The notes below the pieces were generated by a model. The model was not told the DNA's origin, did no database searches, and worked only from the letters and a program-made list of their open reading frames with translations. Both the position numbers and the translations under genes were made by a program. Below, in pieces: positions 12,429 to 23,476 of a stretch of DNA of 64,000 nt. Position 1 is the stretch's first letter, and each line of letters opens with the position of its first letter. The DNA comes from an uncultured Actinomycetota bacterium (GTDB lineage: Bacteria > Actinomycetota > Actinomycetes > Actinomycetales > Dermatophilaceae), in NCBI GenBank assembly GCA_963747405.1, contig CAVVFG010000011.1, forward strand, positions 5,018 to 69,017, in the 5' to 3' direction.

Positions 12429-13093
12429 GCGGCCCGGAGCTCTCACCGGTCCCCAAGGAGGCGCGCCCGTACCAGGGTGCTCCCGCCGGGCTCGTGACCC
12501 GCGTCGTCGCGAACACGATCGACACCCTGGTCGTGGCCGCGATGATGGCCGCATGCTACGCCGGCTGGGTCTCGGTGCTCTTCCTGCTCGACCCGCAGAG
12601 CTTCACCTTCCCCGACACCAGCTTTCTCGACTTCCTGACCGTTGCCTTCATCCTCGCCACCCTGTACCTGTGGCTGTCGTGGTGGCTCGTGGGCCGCACC
12701 TACGGTGATCACCTCATGGGGATCCGGGTCACGGGCAGGCACCGGCCCCGGCTGGGTCCGCTGCGGGCGCTGGCACGCGCGGCGCTGTGCGCCTTCTTCC
12801 CGATCGGGTTGTTCTGGTGCATCGTCAGCCCCAGGCGCCGCTCGGCCCAGGACATCGCGGTGTTCAGCCAGGTCGTCTACGACTGGATGCCGCGCCCGGC
12901 AGGGCAGCAGGACATGAGCGCTGGGGCCCTCGACGAGGACGGGCTAGTGGGCGAGGCGGCTGTCGACGAGACCGGGCGGGCCGCGAAGCCGTTGGCACGC
13001 TCGCGGTTCCGCAGCCGTGGTGCGCGCTCCGGCGACGTGTCGGGAGCCGACCTCGCCGCGCGCACTCACCCTCTCGACACCACGGAGAGCTGA
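12425..13093 (+). CDS. RDD family membrane protein
   Basis: AGLVTRVVANTID, GRTYGDHLMGIRV, RRRSAQDIAVFSQVVY match the RDD pattern. Confidence 0.82.
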   Translation: MSGPELSPVPKEARPYQGAPAGLVTRVVANTIDTLVVAAMMAACYAGWVSVLFLLDPQSFTFPDTSFLDFLTVAFILATLYLWLSWWLVGRTYGDHLMGIRVTGRHRPRLGPLRALARAALCAFFPIGLFWCIVSPRRRSAQDIAVFSQVVYDWMPRPAGQQDMSAGALDEDGLVGEAAVDETGRAAKPLARSRFRSRGARSGDVSGADLAARTHPLDTTES

Positions 13094-13102
13094 GCCACGC
13101 CG

Positions 13103-14779
13103 ATGAGCGCCCCCACCGCCACCCGGACCGCCGCTGCCAGCACCGTGGTCCTGACCACCCTGGCGGCAGCGCAGTTCCTGATGACCTTGGACAGCTCGGT
13201 CATGAACGTCTCGATCGCGACGGTGGCGCAGGACGTCGGCACCGACGTGACCGGCATCCAGACGGCGATCACGCTCTACACGCTGGTCATGGCCTCGCTG
13301 ATGATCACCGGCGGCAAGATCGGCGGCATCCTGGGCCGCAAGCGGGCCTTCGCCATCGGCTGCGTCATCTACGGCATGGGCTCGTTCACGACAGCGCTGG
13401 CGCAGAGCCTCCCGGTGCTCATCGTCGGCTGGTCGCTGCTCGAGGGCATCGGCGCGGCGCTGATCATGCCGGCGATCGTGGCTCTGGTCGCCACCAACTT
13501 CGGTGTGCCGGACCGCCCGCGCGCCTATGGTCTGGTCGCCGCCTCCGGTGCGGTCGCCGTGGCCGCCGGGCCGCTGATCGGGGGAGTGCTGACGACCTAC
13601 GCCTCGTGGCGATGGGTGTTCGCCGGAGAGGTGGTGATCGTCGCCGCGATCCTCGTCCTCGCCCGCCGGATGGCCGACGCGGCGGCCGACCCGGGTGCCG
13701 CCCTCGATCTCGTGGGCACGGCGCTGTCGGCGCTCGGCCTCGGACTGGTGGTGTTCGGGATCCTCAGGGGCGGTACCTGGGGCTTCGTCAACCCCAAGCA
13801 GGGCGCGCCGTCCTGGGCCGGCCTGTCGCCCGTGGTCTGGCTGGTGCTCGGTGGCGCCCTCGTGATCTGGGGGTTCCTGGCCTGGGAGAACCGCCGGCTC
13901 GCTGCGGGGCGGTCGGCCCTGCTCGACCCCGCGATGCTCGCGATCGCACCGCTGCAGAAGGGCCTGACCGCCTTCTTCTTCCAGTTCCTGTTGCAGGCCG
14001 GGCTCTTCTTCTGCGTTCCGCTCTTCCTCTCGGTCGCCCTCGGCCTGAGCGCGATCGACACCGGGCTGCGGGTCATGCCGCTGTCCATCACCCTGCTGCT
14101 GGCGGCGATCGGGGTGCCCAGGCTCTTCCCGAACGCCTCGCCCCGGCGCGTCGTGCGGCTGGGCTTCGTGGCGCTCCTGGCCGGCATCCTGTCGCTGCTG
14201 GCAGCCCTCGAGGTGGGTGTCGGTGCGGGCATCGTGACCGGACCGCTCCTGCTCGCGGGGTTGGGCATCGGTGCCCTCTCCTCGCAGCTCGGGGCGGTGA
14301 CGGTGTCGGCGGTTCCTGACGAGCAGAGCGGCGAGGTGGGCGGCATCCAGAACACGTTCACGAACCTCGGCGCCTCGATCGGCACCGCGCTCGCCGGAGC
14401 CGTGCTGATCTCGGCGTTGACCTCGTCGTTCCTCACCGGCATCGCGGACAACCCGGCGATCCCGGCCTCGGTGTCGTCGCAGGCCGGCGTGGAGCTGTCG
14501 AGCGGGATCCCGTTCGTCTCGGACGCTCAGCTCGAGAGCGGCCTCGAGGAGGCGAACGTCGACCCCGCGGCCGCGACGGCGATCGTCGAGGAGAACGCGG
14601 CATCTCGCCTGGACGGCCTGCGCAGCGCCCTCGCGGTGCTGGCCCTGCTCGCACTGGTAGCCGTCTTCACCTCGGGCGGCCTGCCGGTCCGCCAGCCGGG
14701 CAGCCCCGAGGGGGAGCCGTCGGAACAGGCGCGCGCGCCGGGGGCCGGACCAGGGGTCAGCCCACCTGGAGCGCACTGA
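13103..14779 (+). CDS. MFS transporter (DHA2/EmrB-QacA type)
   Basis: QFLMTLDSSVMNVSI, GGKIGGILGRKR, 14-TM-like hydrophobicity. Confidence 0.9.
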   Translation: MSAPTATRTAAASTVVLTTLAAAQFLMTLDSSVMNVSIATVAQDVGTDVTGIQTAITLYTLVMASLMITGGKIGGILGRKRAFAIGCVIYGMGSFTTALAQSLPVLIVGWSLLEGIGAALIMPAIVALVATNFGVPDRPRAYGLVAASGAVAVAAGPLIGGVLTTYASWRWVFAGEVVIVAAILVLARRMADAAADPGAALDLVGTALSALGLGLVVFGILRGGTWGFVNPKQGAPSWAGLSPVVWLVLGGALVIWGFLAWENRRLAAGRSALLDPAMLAIAPLQKGLTAFFFQFLLQAGLFFCVPLFLSVALGLSAIDTGLRVMPLSITLLLAAIGVPRLFPNASPRRVVRLGFVALLAGILSLLAALEVGVGAGIVTGPLLLAGLGIGALSSQLGAVTVSAVPDEQSGEVGGIQNTFTNLGASIGTALAGAVLISALTSSFLTGIADNPAIPASVSSQAGVELSSGIPFVSDAQLESGLEEANVDPAAATAIVEENAASRLDGLRSALAVLALLALVAVFTSGGLPVRQPGSPEGEPSEQARAPGAGPGVSPPGAH

Positions 14780-15299
14780 CCCGCCACTTGCCGTCCTGGC
14801 CCACCAGCCGCACCGCGACGGCTCTGACCCGCGGACCGTCGCTGATGACGACCGCCGCCTCGGCCACGCCGTCGGCCGGCTCGCACACCCGCACCCGCAC
14901 GACCCGCAGCCGGGGACGCGACCGCGGCGCGTTGCCCTCGGCGACCCGCCGGGCGACCAGGGCACTGCGCCGGGCCACCACGGCGTAGACCTCGGGAGTG
15001 GTCCATCGCAGCACCTGCGGCGCCGACCGTACCCCGGTCATGACCTCGAGCAGGGCGAGGGCGATGCGGCCGGCCCAGGTGGCGGGGTCGGGCAGGTCGT
15101 CACGCAGGGTCCGTTGCGGGCCGAAGAACTGCTCGTCGGAGGCGGCGGCGAAGTCGACGGCCAGGGTGTCCTGGATGTAGGGGGTGCGTCCCTCGCGCTC
15201 GGCCGTGGCCAGCCGCGACCGGCGGATGGCCTCCTCGAGCGACAGCGGCGGCGGCAGCGGCCGGCTCGGGGGCGCCACGTGGAGCAGGCCGGCGCTCAC
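14757..15299 (-). CDS. Rv3235 family protein
   Basis: LLEVMTGVRSAPQVLRWTTPEVY, VRVCEPADGVAEA...RVRAVAVRL...W. GTGA overlap with the LysM gene stop. Confidence 0.8.
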   Translation of the reverse strand: MSAGLLHVAPPSRPLPPPLSLEEAIRRSRLATAEREGRTPYIQDTLAVDFAAASDEQFFGPQRTLRDDLPDPATWAGRIALALLEVMTGVRSAPQVLRWTTPEVYAVVARRSALVARRVAEGNAPRSRPRLRVVRVRVCEPADGVAEAAVVISDGPRVRAVAVRLVGQDGKWRVSALQVG

Positions 15300-16048
15300 G
15301 ACGTCACCGTGTCGGGCGCTCGCAGCAGCTGTCCGGGGAGCAGGAGGTCCGGATCGTCGCCGACGACGTCGCGGTTCGCCTCGAACCAGGCGGGCCACGC
15401 GCGGGCGATCTCGGCCTCCGAGGCGTCACGGCCGAGGTGACGCGCGGCGATCGCCCACAGGGAGTCACCGCGGCGCACGACCACCTCGAGCGGCGCATCG
15501 CGCCCCGTGCCGGCTCGGGGTGCCTGGCTCAGCATCCGCACGTCGGGCTGGGAGCGGACCACCGGCGGTCCCGGCACCCATCGCCCACCGGGCGTGCTCG
15601 CGGCGCCGGCCCGGGGTGCCCACCCGGGGTCGGGCAGCGGAACGAACACCGGGTCGGGTGGAGGGAGGGGGGCGAGCACCATCACGGGTGGCCCCGCCGC
15701 GGCTGCCCCCGGGGCCACTCCGGCGACGACCGCCGCACCGAGGGCGACTCCCACCGCACGCCGGACCAGCCGCGGGGTCACCAGGGCGCCGACCCGCTGC
15801 GCGGCCGCCCCGATGACTCCGGGCGCGAGAGCGAGCAGCTCGAGCAGGACTCCTACGGCCAGCACCACCAGGACCGCGAGCGCGGTGCACGCCGCCACGG
15901 CGGTGAGCGCCTCGGCCGGTCGCACCGGCACCCCGCGGGCCATGTCGCGCCACGGGCCGGCCGCGACGTCTCGCAGCCACGGAATCGGCGCCACCACCGC
16001 CAGGACCAGTGCTGTTCCGCGGACCACCACCCTGCTTCTGAGCATCAT
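15296..16048 (-). CDS. Membrane protein with C-terminal LysM domain
   Basis: VVVRRGDSLWAIAARHL...NRDVVGDDPDLLLPGQLL. Confidence 0.85.
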   Translation of the reverse strand: MMLRSRVVVRGTALVLAVVAPIPWLRDVAAGPWRDMARGVPVRPAEALTAVAACTALAVLVVLAVGVLLELLALAPGVIGAAAQRVGALVTPRLVRRAVGVALGAAVVAGVAPGAAAAGPPVMVLAPLPPPDPVFVPLPDPGWAPRAGAASTPGGRWVPGPPVVRSQPDVRMLSQAPRAGTGRDAPLEVVVRRGDSLWAIAARHLGRDASEAEIARAWPAWFEANRDVVGDDPDLLLPGQLLRAPDTVTS

Positions 16049-16145
16049 TGTCCCCCTGTTTGCTGTCGTTTGATGCGGTTTGCCTGCGAAGGACAGTATT
16101 CGATGCGTCCGACACCCACAAGCCGGATCGACCTACGCTGTGGAC

Positions 16146-16697
16146 ATGAGGTGGGAGGGACTGTTCGAGGACCTCGAGGGGCAGCTGGCCGCCGAACAAC
16201 GTCGCGAGCGCGACGACGAGGTGGCCGAGCGCACCCGGCGCGAACGCGCGCTGGTCACGCTGGGGTCCCGCCTGGCCGCCGGGCTGGGCGCCCGCGTCGA
16301 CATCGGGCTCGTCGGCGGGCACCGGGTCGAGGGCGTCCTGGGTGACCTCGGGGACGGGTGGGTGCTGGTGCGGGTCGGCGCCGACGCCCACGAGGTGCTG
16401 GTGCCGCTGACCGGCGTGTCGACGCTGCGTTCGCTGCGGGTGCAGACGGCATCCGGGCGCACCGCGCGCCGGTTCGGGCTCGGCTACGCGCTGCGGGCCC
16501 TCTCGCGGGACCGCGCCACGGTGGCCGTCGCCCTGGTCGGAGCCGGCCCACGCCTGCTCGGGACGATCGACGCGGTGGGCGCCGACCACCTCGACCTCGC
16601 CGAGCACCTCGAGGGGGTGCCGCGGCGCCGTGAGAACGTCCGGGCGGTGACGACCGTGCCGTTCGCCGCAGTCCTGGCCGTGGAGTCACGCCGCTGA
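16146..16697 (+). CDS. Conserved actinobacterial hypothetical protein
   Basis: MRWEGLFEDLEGQ start and GTIDAVGADHLDLAEH. Typically divergent from the LysM gene. Confidence 0.72.
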   Translation: MRWEGLFEDLEGQLAAEQRRERDDEVAERTRRERALVTLGSRLAAGLGARVDIGLVGGHRVEGVLGDLGDGWVLVRVGADAHEVLVPLTGVSTLRSLRVQTASGRTARRFGLGYALRALSRDRATVAVALVGAGPRLLGTIDAVGADHLDLAEHLEGVPRRRENVRAVTTVPFAAVLAVESRR

Positions 16698-16746
16698 CTC
16701 GCGAGGTCCCCCCGCGGGTTCCGGGGGCCCGAGCGCAGCAGGTGCG

Positions 16747-16992
16747 TCAGGGGGCGTCGCCGGGCCCGTCGTCCGCGGTGTCGAGGTCGGAGCGGGTGGT
16801 GACCAGCTCGCGCGTCTCGGTGTACATCCGCTGGATGTAGGCCTCGAGCTCGACGGTCTCGACGCGCCACTGGCCACGGCCGCCGACCTTGATGGCCGGC
16901 AGGTCGCCCGAGCGCACCAGGGCGTAGGCCTGGGCTGCGGAGATGTCGAGGATCTCGGACACCTCGGTGAGCGGGATGAAGCGACGGGCCAC
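16747..16992 (-). CDS. Small HTH_17 (excisionase/BldC-like) DNA-binding protein
   Basis: RFIPLTEVSEILDISAAQAYALVRSGDLPAIKVGGRGQWRV. Confidence 0.85.
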   Translation of the reverse strand: MARRFIPLTEVSEILDISAAQAYALVRSGDLPAIKVGGRGQWRVETVELEAYIQRMYTETRELVTTRSDLDTADDGPGDAP

Positions 16993-17004
16993 GTCGTCAG
17001 TGTG

Positions 17005-17043
17005 CCATCCACAGGTGGTGCCACTGCCGAGGTTGTCCACAGG
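17005..17043 (+). promoter_or_regulatory. Two TCCACAGG motifs (one a perfect TTGTCCACA) between the HTH gene and the SAF/CpaE genes
   Basis: CCATCCACAGG at 17005 and TTGTCCACAGG at 17033. Confidence 0.4.
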
Positions 17044-17094
17044 TGCGTCCGCTCGGGAGGCGGAGCCCGGCATCCTGCACCAGAATCGGGCCGC

Positions 17095-17766
17095 ATGAGT
17101 GACCTGCCCACCCCCACCGCCGCACGGGTCCGCGCCCCGTCGTGGCGCGACTCCCGGCTGCTCGTCGGGGTGCTTCTCGTGCTCGTCTCCACCGTCGCCG
17201 GCTCGGTGGTCGTCGCCCGCGCCGACGACCGGGTGCCGGTCTACGCCGCCAAGGGCGCCCTCGCGCCGGGCCAGCGGCTCACCGAGGCCGACGTGGTGCG
17301 CGTCGACGTGCTGCTCGGCGACGGCTCGGCGCGCTACCTGCCGGCCGACAGTGCCGTCCCCGGCGACACCTGGTCGCTGCGCCCGCTGCGGCCGGGCGAG
17401 CTGATCCCGGCGTCCGGCGTCGGCTCGGCCGCCGAGGTCGGCGTGCAGCAGGTGGCGCTGCTGGTCGATGCCACCTCGGCGGCGGCCATCGCGTCCGGTT
17501 CGGTCGTCGACGTCTACGTCAACCGGCCCACGGAGGGCACGTCCGTGGGCCTGCCCACCTACGCCGGGCCGGAACGCGTGCTCGAGGCGGTGTCGGTCGT
17601 CCGGGTCGCCGGCGAGGACACCGTGCTCGGCGCATCCGCGGAGACCCGCGCGGTGCACGTCATGGTGCCCCGGGAGTCCGTGCCGGAGGTGGTCGCCGAC
17701 GTGGACCTCGGCGCGCGCATCACCCTCGTGCCGGTGCCCGGCGGGGTGTCGGCGGCCGCGTCGTGA
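17095..17766 (+). CDS. SAF-domain protein (CpaB/RcpC-like)
   Basis: N-terminal TM, VYAAKGALAPGQRLTEADV SAF motif, GSVVDVYV. Coupled to the CpaE-like ATPase. Confidence 0.72.
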   Translation: MSDLPTPTAARVRAPSWRDSRLLVGVLLVLVSTVAGSVVVARADDRVPVYAAKGALAPGQRLTEADVVRVDVLLGDGSARYLPADSAVPGDTWSLRPLRPGELIPASGVGSAAEVGVQQVALLVDATSAAAIASGSVVDVYVNRPTEGTSVGLPTYAGPERVLEAVSVVRVAGEDTVLGASAETRAVHVMVPRESVPEVVADVDLGARITLVPVPGGVSAAAS

Positions 17767-19133
17767 CCAGCGTCCTCACGGCGGTCACGCACCGCCTCGA
17801 GGCGGCGTTCGTCCGCGTCATCGAGGCGACGCCCGACCTCACCCTGGTCCGCCGCTGCGCCGACGTCGCCGAGCTGCTCTCGGCGGGCGCGGCCGGGGTG
17901 GCCCGGGTGGCGGTGGTCTCGCCAGACCTGCGCGGGCTCGACCGCGACGCGCTGCGCCACCTCGCCGGCCACGGCGTGCGGGTGGCCGCCCTCGTGGCCG
18001 GCGACGACGAGGAGGGTGAACGGCGGCTGCGCCAGCTCGGGGTGGCGACGATCCTGCGCCCCGAGCACGACGCGGCATCCGTCGCCCGTGCCCTGGTCAC
18101 CCTCGCCGGCGCCAGCACCGGCTCACCCGTCGCCGACGGCCCGGCGGCCCCGGCCCCCGTCGGCCTGGCACCGGGCGACGGGGGCCGCCACCTCGAGGGC
18201 GGTCTCCTCGACGACGACCCGCAGGCACGCACCCCGGTCACCACGGTCTGGGGTCCGACCGGAGCCCCCGGCCGCACCACGGTCGCCGTCACCCTGGCCG
18301 CCCAGCTCGCAGCCCGCGGGGTGCGAACCCTGCTCGTCGACCTCGACACCTGGGGCGCCAGCGTGGTGCAGGTGCTCGGCCTGGTCGACGAGGCGCCCGG
18401 CGTGGCCGCCGCCGCCCGAGCCTCCGAGCAGGGCACCCTCGACGTTCCCGGGCTCGCCCGGCTCGCACCCGAGGTCGTCCCCGGCCTGCGCGTGCTCACC
18501 GGCCTGCCCCGGGCCGACCGATGGCCCGAGCTGCGCGCCGGCGCGGTCGAGGACGTCCTGCGGCTGGCGCGCAGGGTCGCCGACCACGTCGTCGTCGACG
18601 CGGGTTTCGCGGTCGAGGACGACGAGGAGCTCAGCTACGACACCGCCGCCCCCCGACGCAACGCCGCCACCCTGACCGCCCTCGAGGCGGCCGACCACCT
18701 CGTCGTCGTCGGTGCGGCCGACCCGGTCGGGCTGCAGCGCCTGGTCCGCGCGGTCCAGGACGTCGCGGTGCTGCCCTCACCCCAGCCCACCGTCGTGGTC
18801 ACCAAGGTGCGCTCCTCGGTCGCGGGCCGGCGCCCCGAGCGCGCGATCAGCGACGTGCTGCGCCGCTTCGCCGGCATGGATGCCGTGCGCTTCCTGCCCT
18901 GGGCCCCCGACGAGTGCGACGCGGCCCTCCTGGCGGGGCGCTCCCTCGTCGAGGTCGCGCCGCGGGCCGACATCACCGTGGCGGTGGCCGAGCTCGCCGC
19001 CGCGCTCGACCCCCGGGCGGAGCCGCCGTCGTCAGGTGGCCGGCGCCCGGCATCCCGGTCCGCCCGGCGTACTCGCAGAGGCGACCGGGTCGGCGCACGT
19101 CATGGGGTGCCGCTGCCCCGGCCGAGCGTCTGA
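17763..19133 (+). CDS. CpaE/TadZ/MinD-like ATPase with N-terminal receiver-like domain
   Basis: Deviant Walker A VWGPTGAPGRTT, LLVDLD, VVVDAGF, ADHLVVVGAADPVGL. Confidence 0.8.
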   Translation: MTSVLTAVTHRLEAAFVRVIEATPDLTLVRRCADVAELLSAGAAGVARVAVVSPDLRGLDRDALRHLAGHGVRVAALVAGDDEEGERRLRQLGVATILRPEHDAASVARALVTLAGASTGSPVADGPAAPAPVGLAPGDGGRHLEGGLLDDDPQARTPVTTVWGPTGAPGRTTVAVTLAAQLAARGVRTLLVDLDTWGASVVQVLGLVDEAPGVAAAARASEQGTLDVPGLARLAPEVVPGLRVLTGLPRADRWPELRAGAVEDVLRLARRVADHVVVDAGFAVEDDEELSYDTAAPRRNAATLTALEAADHLVVVGAADPVGLQRLVRAVQDVAVLPSPQPTVVVTKVRSSVAGRRPERAISDVLRRFAGMDAVRFLPWAPDECDAALLAGRSLVEVAPRADITVAVAELAAALDPRAEPPSSGGRRPASRSARRTRRGDRVGARHGVPLPRPSV

Positions 19134-19145
19134 CACGATAGGCCC

Positions 19146-20576
19146 GTGGCAGACCGGCTCAGCTCCCTCGACACCTCGTTCCTGAACCTCGAGGACGCGG
19201 CGACGCCGATGCACGTCGGGTCGGTGATGGTCTTCGACGCACCCTCCGGGGGGTTCGACTACGAGAGCCTGGTGACGCTCATCAGCCAGCGCATCGCGCA
19301 CGTCCCGCGCTACCGCCAGCGGATCAAGACCGTGCCCGGCGGCCTGGCGAACCCGGTGTGGGTCGATGACACCCACTTCGACATGACCTACCACGTGCGC
19401 CGCAGCGCCCTGCCCCGGCCGGGCTCCGACGAGCAGCTCGAGGAGCTCGTCGCACGCATCCAGCCCCGACCGCTCGACCGAAGCCGCCCGATGTGGGAGG
19501 TCTACCTCGTCGAGGGGCTGGCCGAGAACCGCTTCGCCATCATCACCAAGACCCACCACAGCCTGGTCGACGGCGTCAGCGCCGTCGACATCGGCAACGT
19601 CCTGGTCGACGGCAACCCCACCGCCAGCGAAGGTGTGCTCACGACGTGGCGGGCCCGGCCCGAGCCAAGCGGTGCCGAGCTGGTCGTGTCAGCGCTCACC
19701 GAGGCGGCCCGCACCCCGAGCCAGGTGGTCGAGACCGTCCAGCACGGGGTCAGCGACGTCACCCGGGCCGTGGGCAAGGTGGCCGGTGTGGCCGGCGACG
19801 TCATCTCGACCCTGGCCCGGGTCTCGACCCGGCCTGCCCCCGAGTCCCCGCTCAACGCCACGGTCGGCCGAGCCCGTCGCTACGTCATGATCGGCACCGA
19901 CCTCGAGGACTACCGCCGCGTGCGCAGCCGCCTGGGTCGCGGCTCCTTCGCCGAGGAGGTGAGCGTCAACGACGTCATCCTCGCCACCGTTGCCGGGGCG
20001 TTCCGCTCGTGGCTGCTCACCCGCGGCGAGTCCGTCTACCCCGATACGACGATCCGGGCCATGGTGCCGGTGTCCGTACACGCCGGTGACGACTCCCCGA
20101 CCGGGGCCCAGGTCACCGCCTGTTTCGTCGACCTGCCGGTGGGGGAGCCCGGCCCGTCGATGCGGCTGCATCAGATCGCCTTCTCGATGCGCCAGCAGAT
20201 GGAGGGCGGCTCGCGTCGGGCGGTCTCGGCCGAGACCCTCTCCACCCTGGGCGGTTTCGCCCCGCCGACCATGCACGCGCTCGGTGCCCGGCTGGGCGGT
20301 GCGGTGTCCAAACGGCTCTACAACGTGGTCATCACCAACGTGCCCGGCCCGCAGACCCCGCTCTACGCAGCCGGTGCCCGGATGGTGTCGACCTACCCGG
20401 TCACCCCACTGGGCCGGGGGCAGGCGCTCTCGATCGGGTTGACGTCGTACGACGGCGGTGTCTACTACGGCCTGTACGCCGACCGCGACGCCATGCCGGA
20501 CGCCGACGTGCTCGGTCGCGGGGTGGTCGACGCCCTGCACGAGCTGCTCGAGGCGCCGCGCGTCGGGGCCGGCTGA
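19146..20576 (+). CDS. Wax ester synthase/diacylglycerol acyltransferase (WS/DGAT)
   Basis: Catalytic HHSLVDG motif, PMHVG, ITNVPGPQTPLY. Confidence 0.93.
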   Translation: MADRLSSLDTSFLNLEDAATPMHVGSVMVFDAPSGGFDYESLVTLISQRIAHVPRYRQRIKTVPGGLANPVWVDDTHFDMTYHVRRSALPRPGSDEQLEELVARIQPRPLDRSRPMWEVYLVEGLAENRFAIITKTHHSLVDGVSAVDIGNVLVDGNPTASEGVLTTWRARPEPSGAELVVSALTEAARTPSQVVETVQHGVSDVTRAVGKVAGVAGDVISTLARVSTRPAPESPLNATVGRARRYVMIGTDLEDYRRVRSRLGRGSFAEEVSVNDVILATVAGAFRSWLLTRGESVYPDTTIRAMVPVSVHAGDDSPTGAQVTACFVDLPVGEPGPSMRLHQIAFSMRQQMEGGSRRAVSAETLSTLGGFAPPTMHALGARLGGAVSKRLYNVVITNVPGPQTPLYAAGARMVSTYPVTPLGRGQALSIGLTSYDGGVYYGLYADRDAMPDADVLGRGVVDALHELLEAPRVGAG

Positions 20577-20610
20577 CCGGCGCCGCCCACCACGACCGAC
20601 AGGAGCCGTT

Positions 20611-21036
20611 GTGCCGCTGACCCGGGTCTACCTCCCGCTGACCCCCGAGGACCTCACCGGGCTCGCCGAGGGGCGGTCGCTGGGCCCACGGCCCGCCCAC
20701 GCGGTGACGCCCGCCCTGGGGAAGCCGGGACTCGTCACCGACGAGGAGGAGCTCGAGCACGCGGCCTGGCTCGCGGCCACCGAGGAGGCGCTCGTGGAAG
20801 CCGACGCCGCGGGTCGTCGTCGTGTGGTGGCGGCCGCCGACGTCGACGCGGCCGTCGTGGGGCACCCGACCGCCGCGGACCCGCCGTCGAGGGTCGAGCT
20901 CTCGGCTCCGGTCGAGCGCCGCCGCATCGTGTCGTTCCACATCGACGAGGAGCCCGGTTCCAGCGAGCCGACCGACCTGCTCTGGTACGACGTCACCGAG
21001 CTCTCCGCCGTGCGAACGCTGCTCGACCAACCCTGA
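20611..21036 (+). CDS. Conserved hypothetical protein (DUF6912-like)
   Basis: RVYLPLT, RRVVAAAD, SFHIDE, DLLWYDVTEL. AGGAG RBS. Confidence 0.68.
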   Translation: MPLTRVYLPLTPEDLTGLAEGRSLGPRPAHAVTPALGKPGLVTDEEELEHAAWLAATEEALVEADAAGRRRVVAAADVDAAVVGHPTAADPPSRVELSAPVERRRIVSFHIDEEPGSSEPTDLLWYDVTELSAVRTLLDQP

Positions 21037-21226
21037 GCCGACGGCCGCCCACGGCATCCGCCGCCGCGCGCACCGCATCGGATGCTGTCGCGCCACGGCA
21101 TCGGCTTGCGTGCCCACGGCACCCGCCGCCGTACCCCCCGGCGTCCGCGGCTTGCGCCCCACGAACGCTGGGCGCGAGAGTGGGGTTGGTCCCGACATCG
21201 CACCCCGACACGAGGAGCCCCACCGC

Positions 21227-22855
<1,629 letters not shown>

Positions 22856-22862
22856 CGCTTCT

Positions 22863-22935
22863 CGACTTCGTGCGACTTGACTGCGGTTCTGGACCCCAGA
22901 GAGTCTGAGAACCGCGCCCAAGTCGCACGAAGTCG
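22863..22935. terminator. Long imperfect hairpin between convergent genes (bidirectional terminator or REP-like element)
   Basis: 16-bp perfect arms CGACTTCGTGCGACTT (22863-22878) / AAGTCGCACGAAGTCG (22920-22935), plus inner arms GCGGTTCT / AGAACCGC. Confidence 0.6.
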
Positions 22936-22945
22936 CGGCGCGCGG

Positions 22946-23440
22946 TCAGCGGGCGAGCCACTCGCGCAGTAGCCGGATCTCGATGGAGATGGCGGCGTTG
23001 ATCGGCTCCGCGGCCGCCCGCTCGAGCCTGCCGCCGATCAGTGGCACGTTCGCCTTGAGGTCGGCCGCGAACAGCCACACGGTGTCGTCACCGTGGGGCT
23101 CGAGCCGCACCGTGCCCTTGACCGTGAGCGGCGCGCCCTTGACGTGGATGTCGACCATCGACGCCCGTGAGCCGTCGGGTCCCTCGGCGCTCCAGTCGAG
23201 CACCTCGATGATGGTGAGGTGGTCGCCGACGAAGGACCGGGCCATGTCGGGCAGCCCGTCGGAGGGCAGCTGACGATCGGTGTGCACCCGGTGCCCGTCG
23301 CTGCCGCCGCCGACCTTGACGGTGTAGACGCCGTTGTTCGTGGTGGCGGCGCACTTGGCTTCCTGGAAGGCCGGGTCGATGAGCAGGGCGTGAACCTCGT
23401 CCACCGTCCCGTTGAGCTTCTCTCGCGTCGTCAGTCGCAC
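22946..23440 (-). CDS. DUF2505 family (SRPBCC/START-like) protein
   Basis: RQLPSDGLPDMARSFVG...W, KANVPLIGGRLE pattern. Confidence 0.8.
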   Translation of the reverse strand: MRLTTREKLNGTVDEVHALLIDPAFQEAKCAATTNNGVYTVKVGGGSDGHRVHTDRQLPSDGLPDMARSFVGDHLTIIEVLDWSAEGPDGSRASMVDIHVKGAPLTVKGTVRLEPHGDDTVWLFAADLKANVPLIGGRLERAAAEPINAAISIEIRLLREWLAR

Positions 23441-23476
23441 CAGGCGTCCTCTCGCTCGTCGGGTCCGGGAATCCTC

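Noticed and set aside
16747-16992. Prophage excisionase
   Set aside because: No integrase or phage genes nearby; this fits a chromosomal HTH_17 regulator in conserved context.
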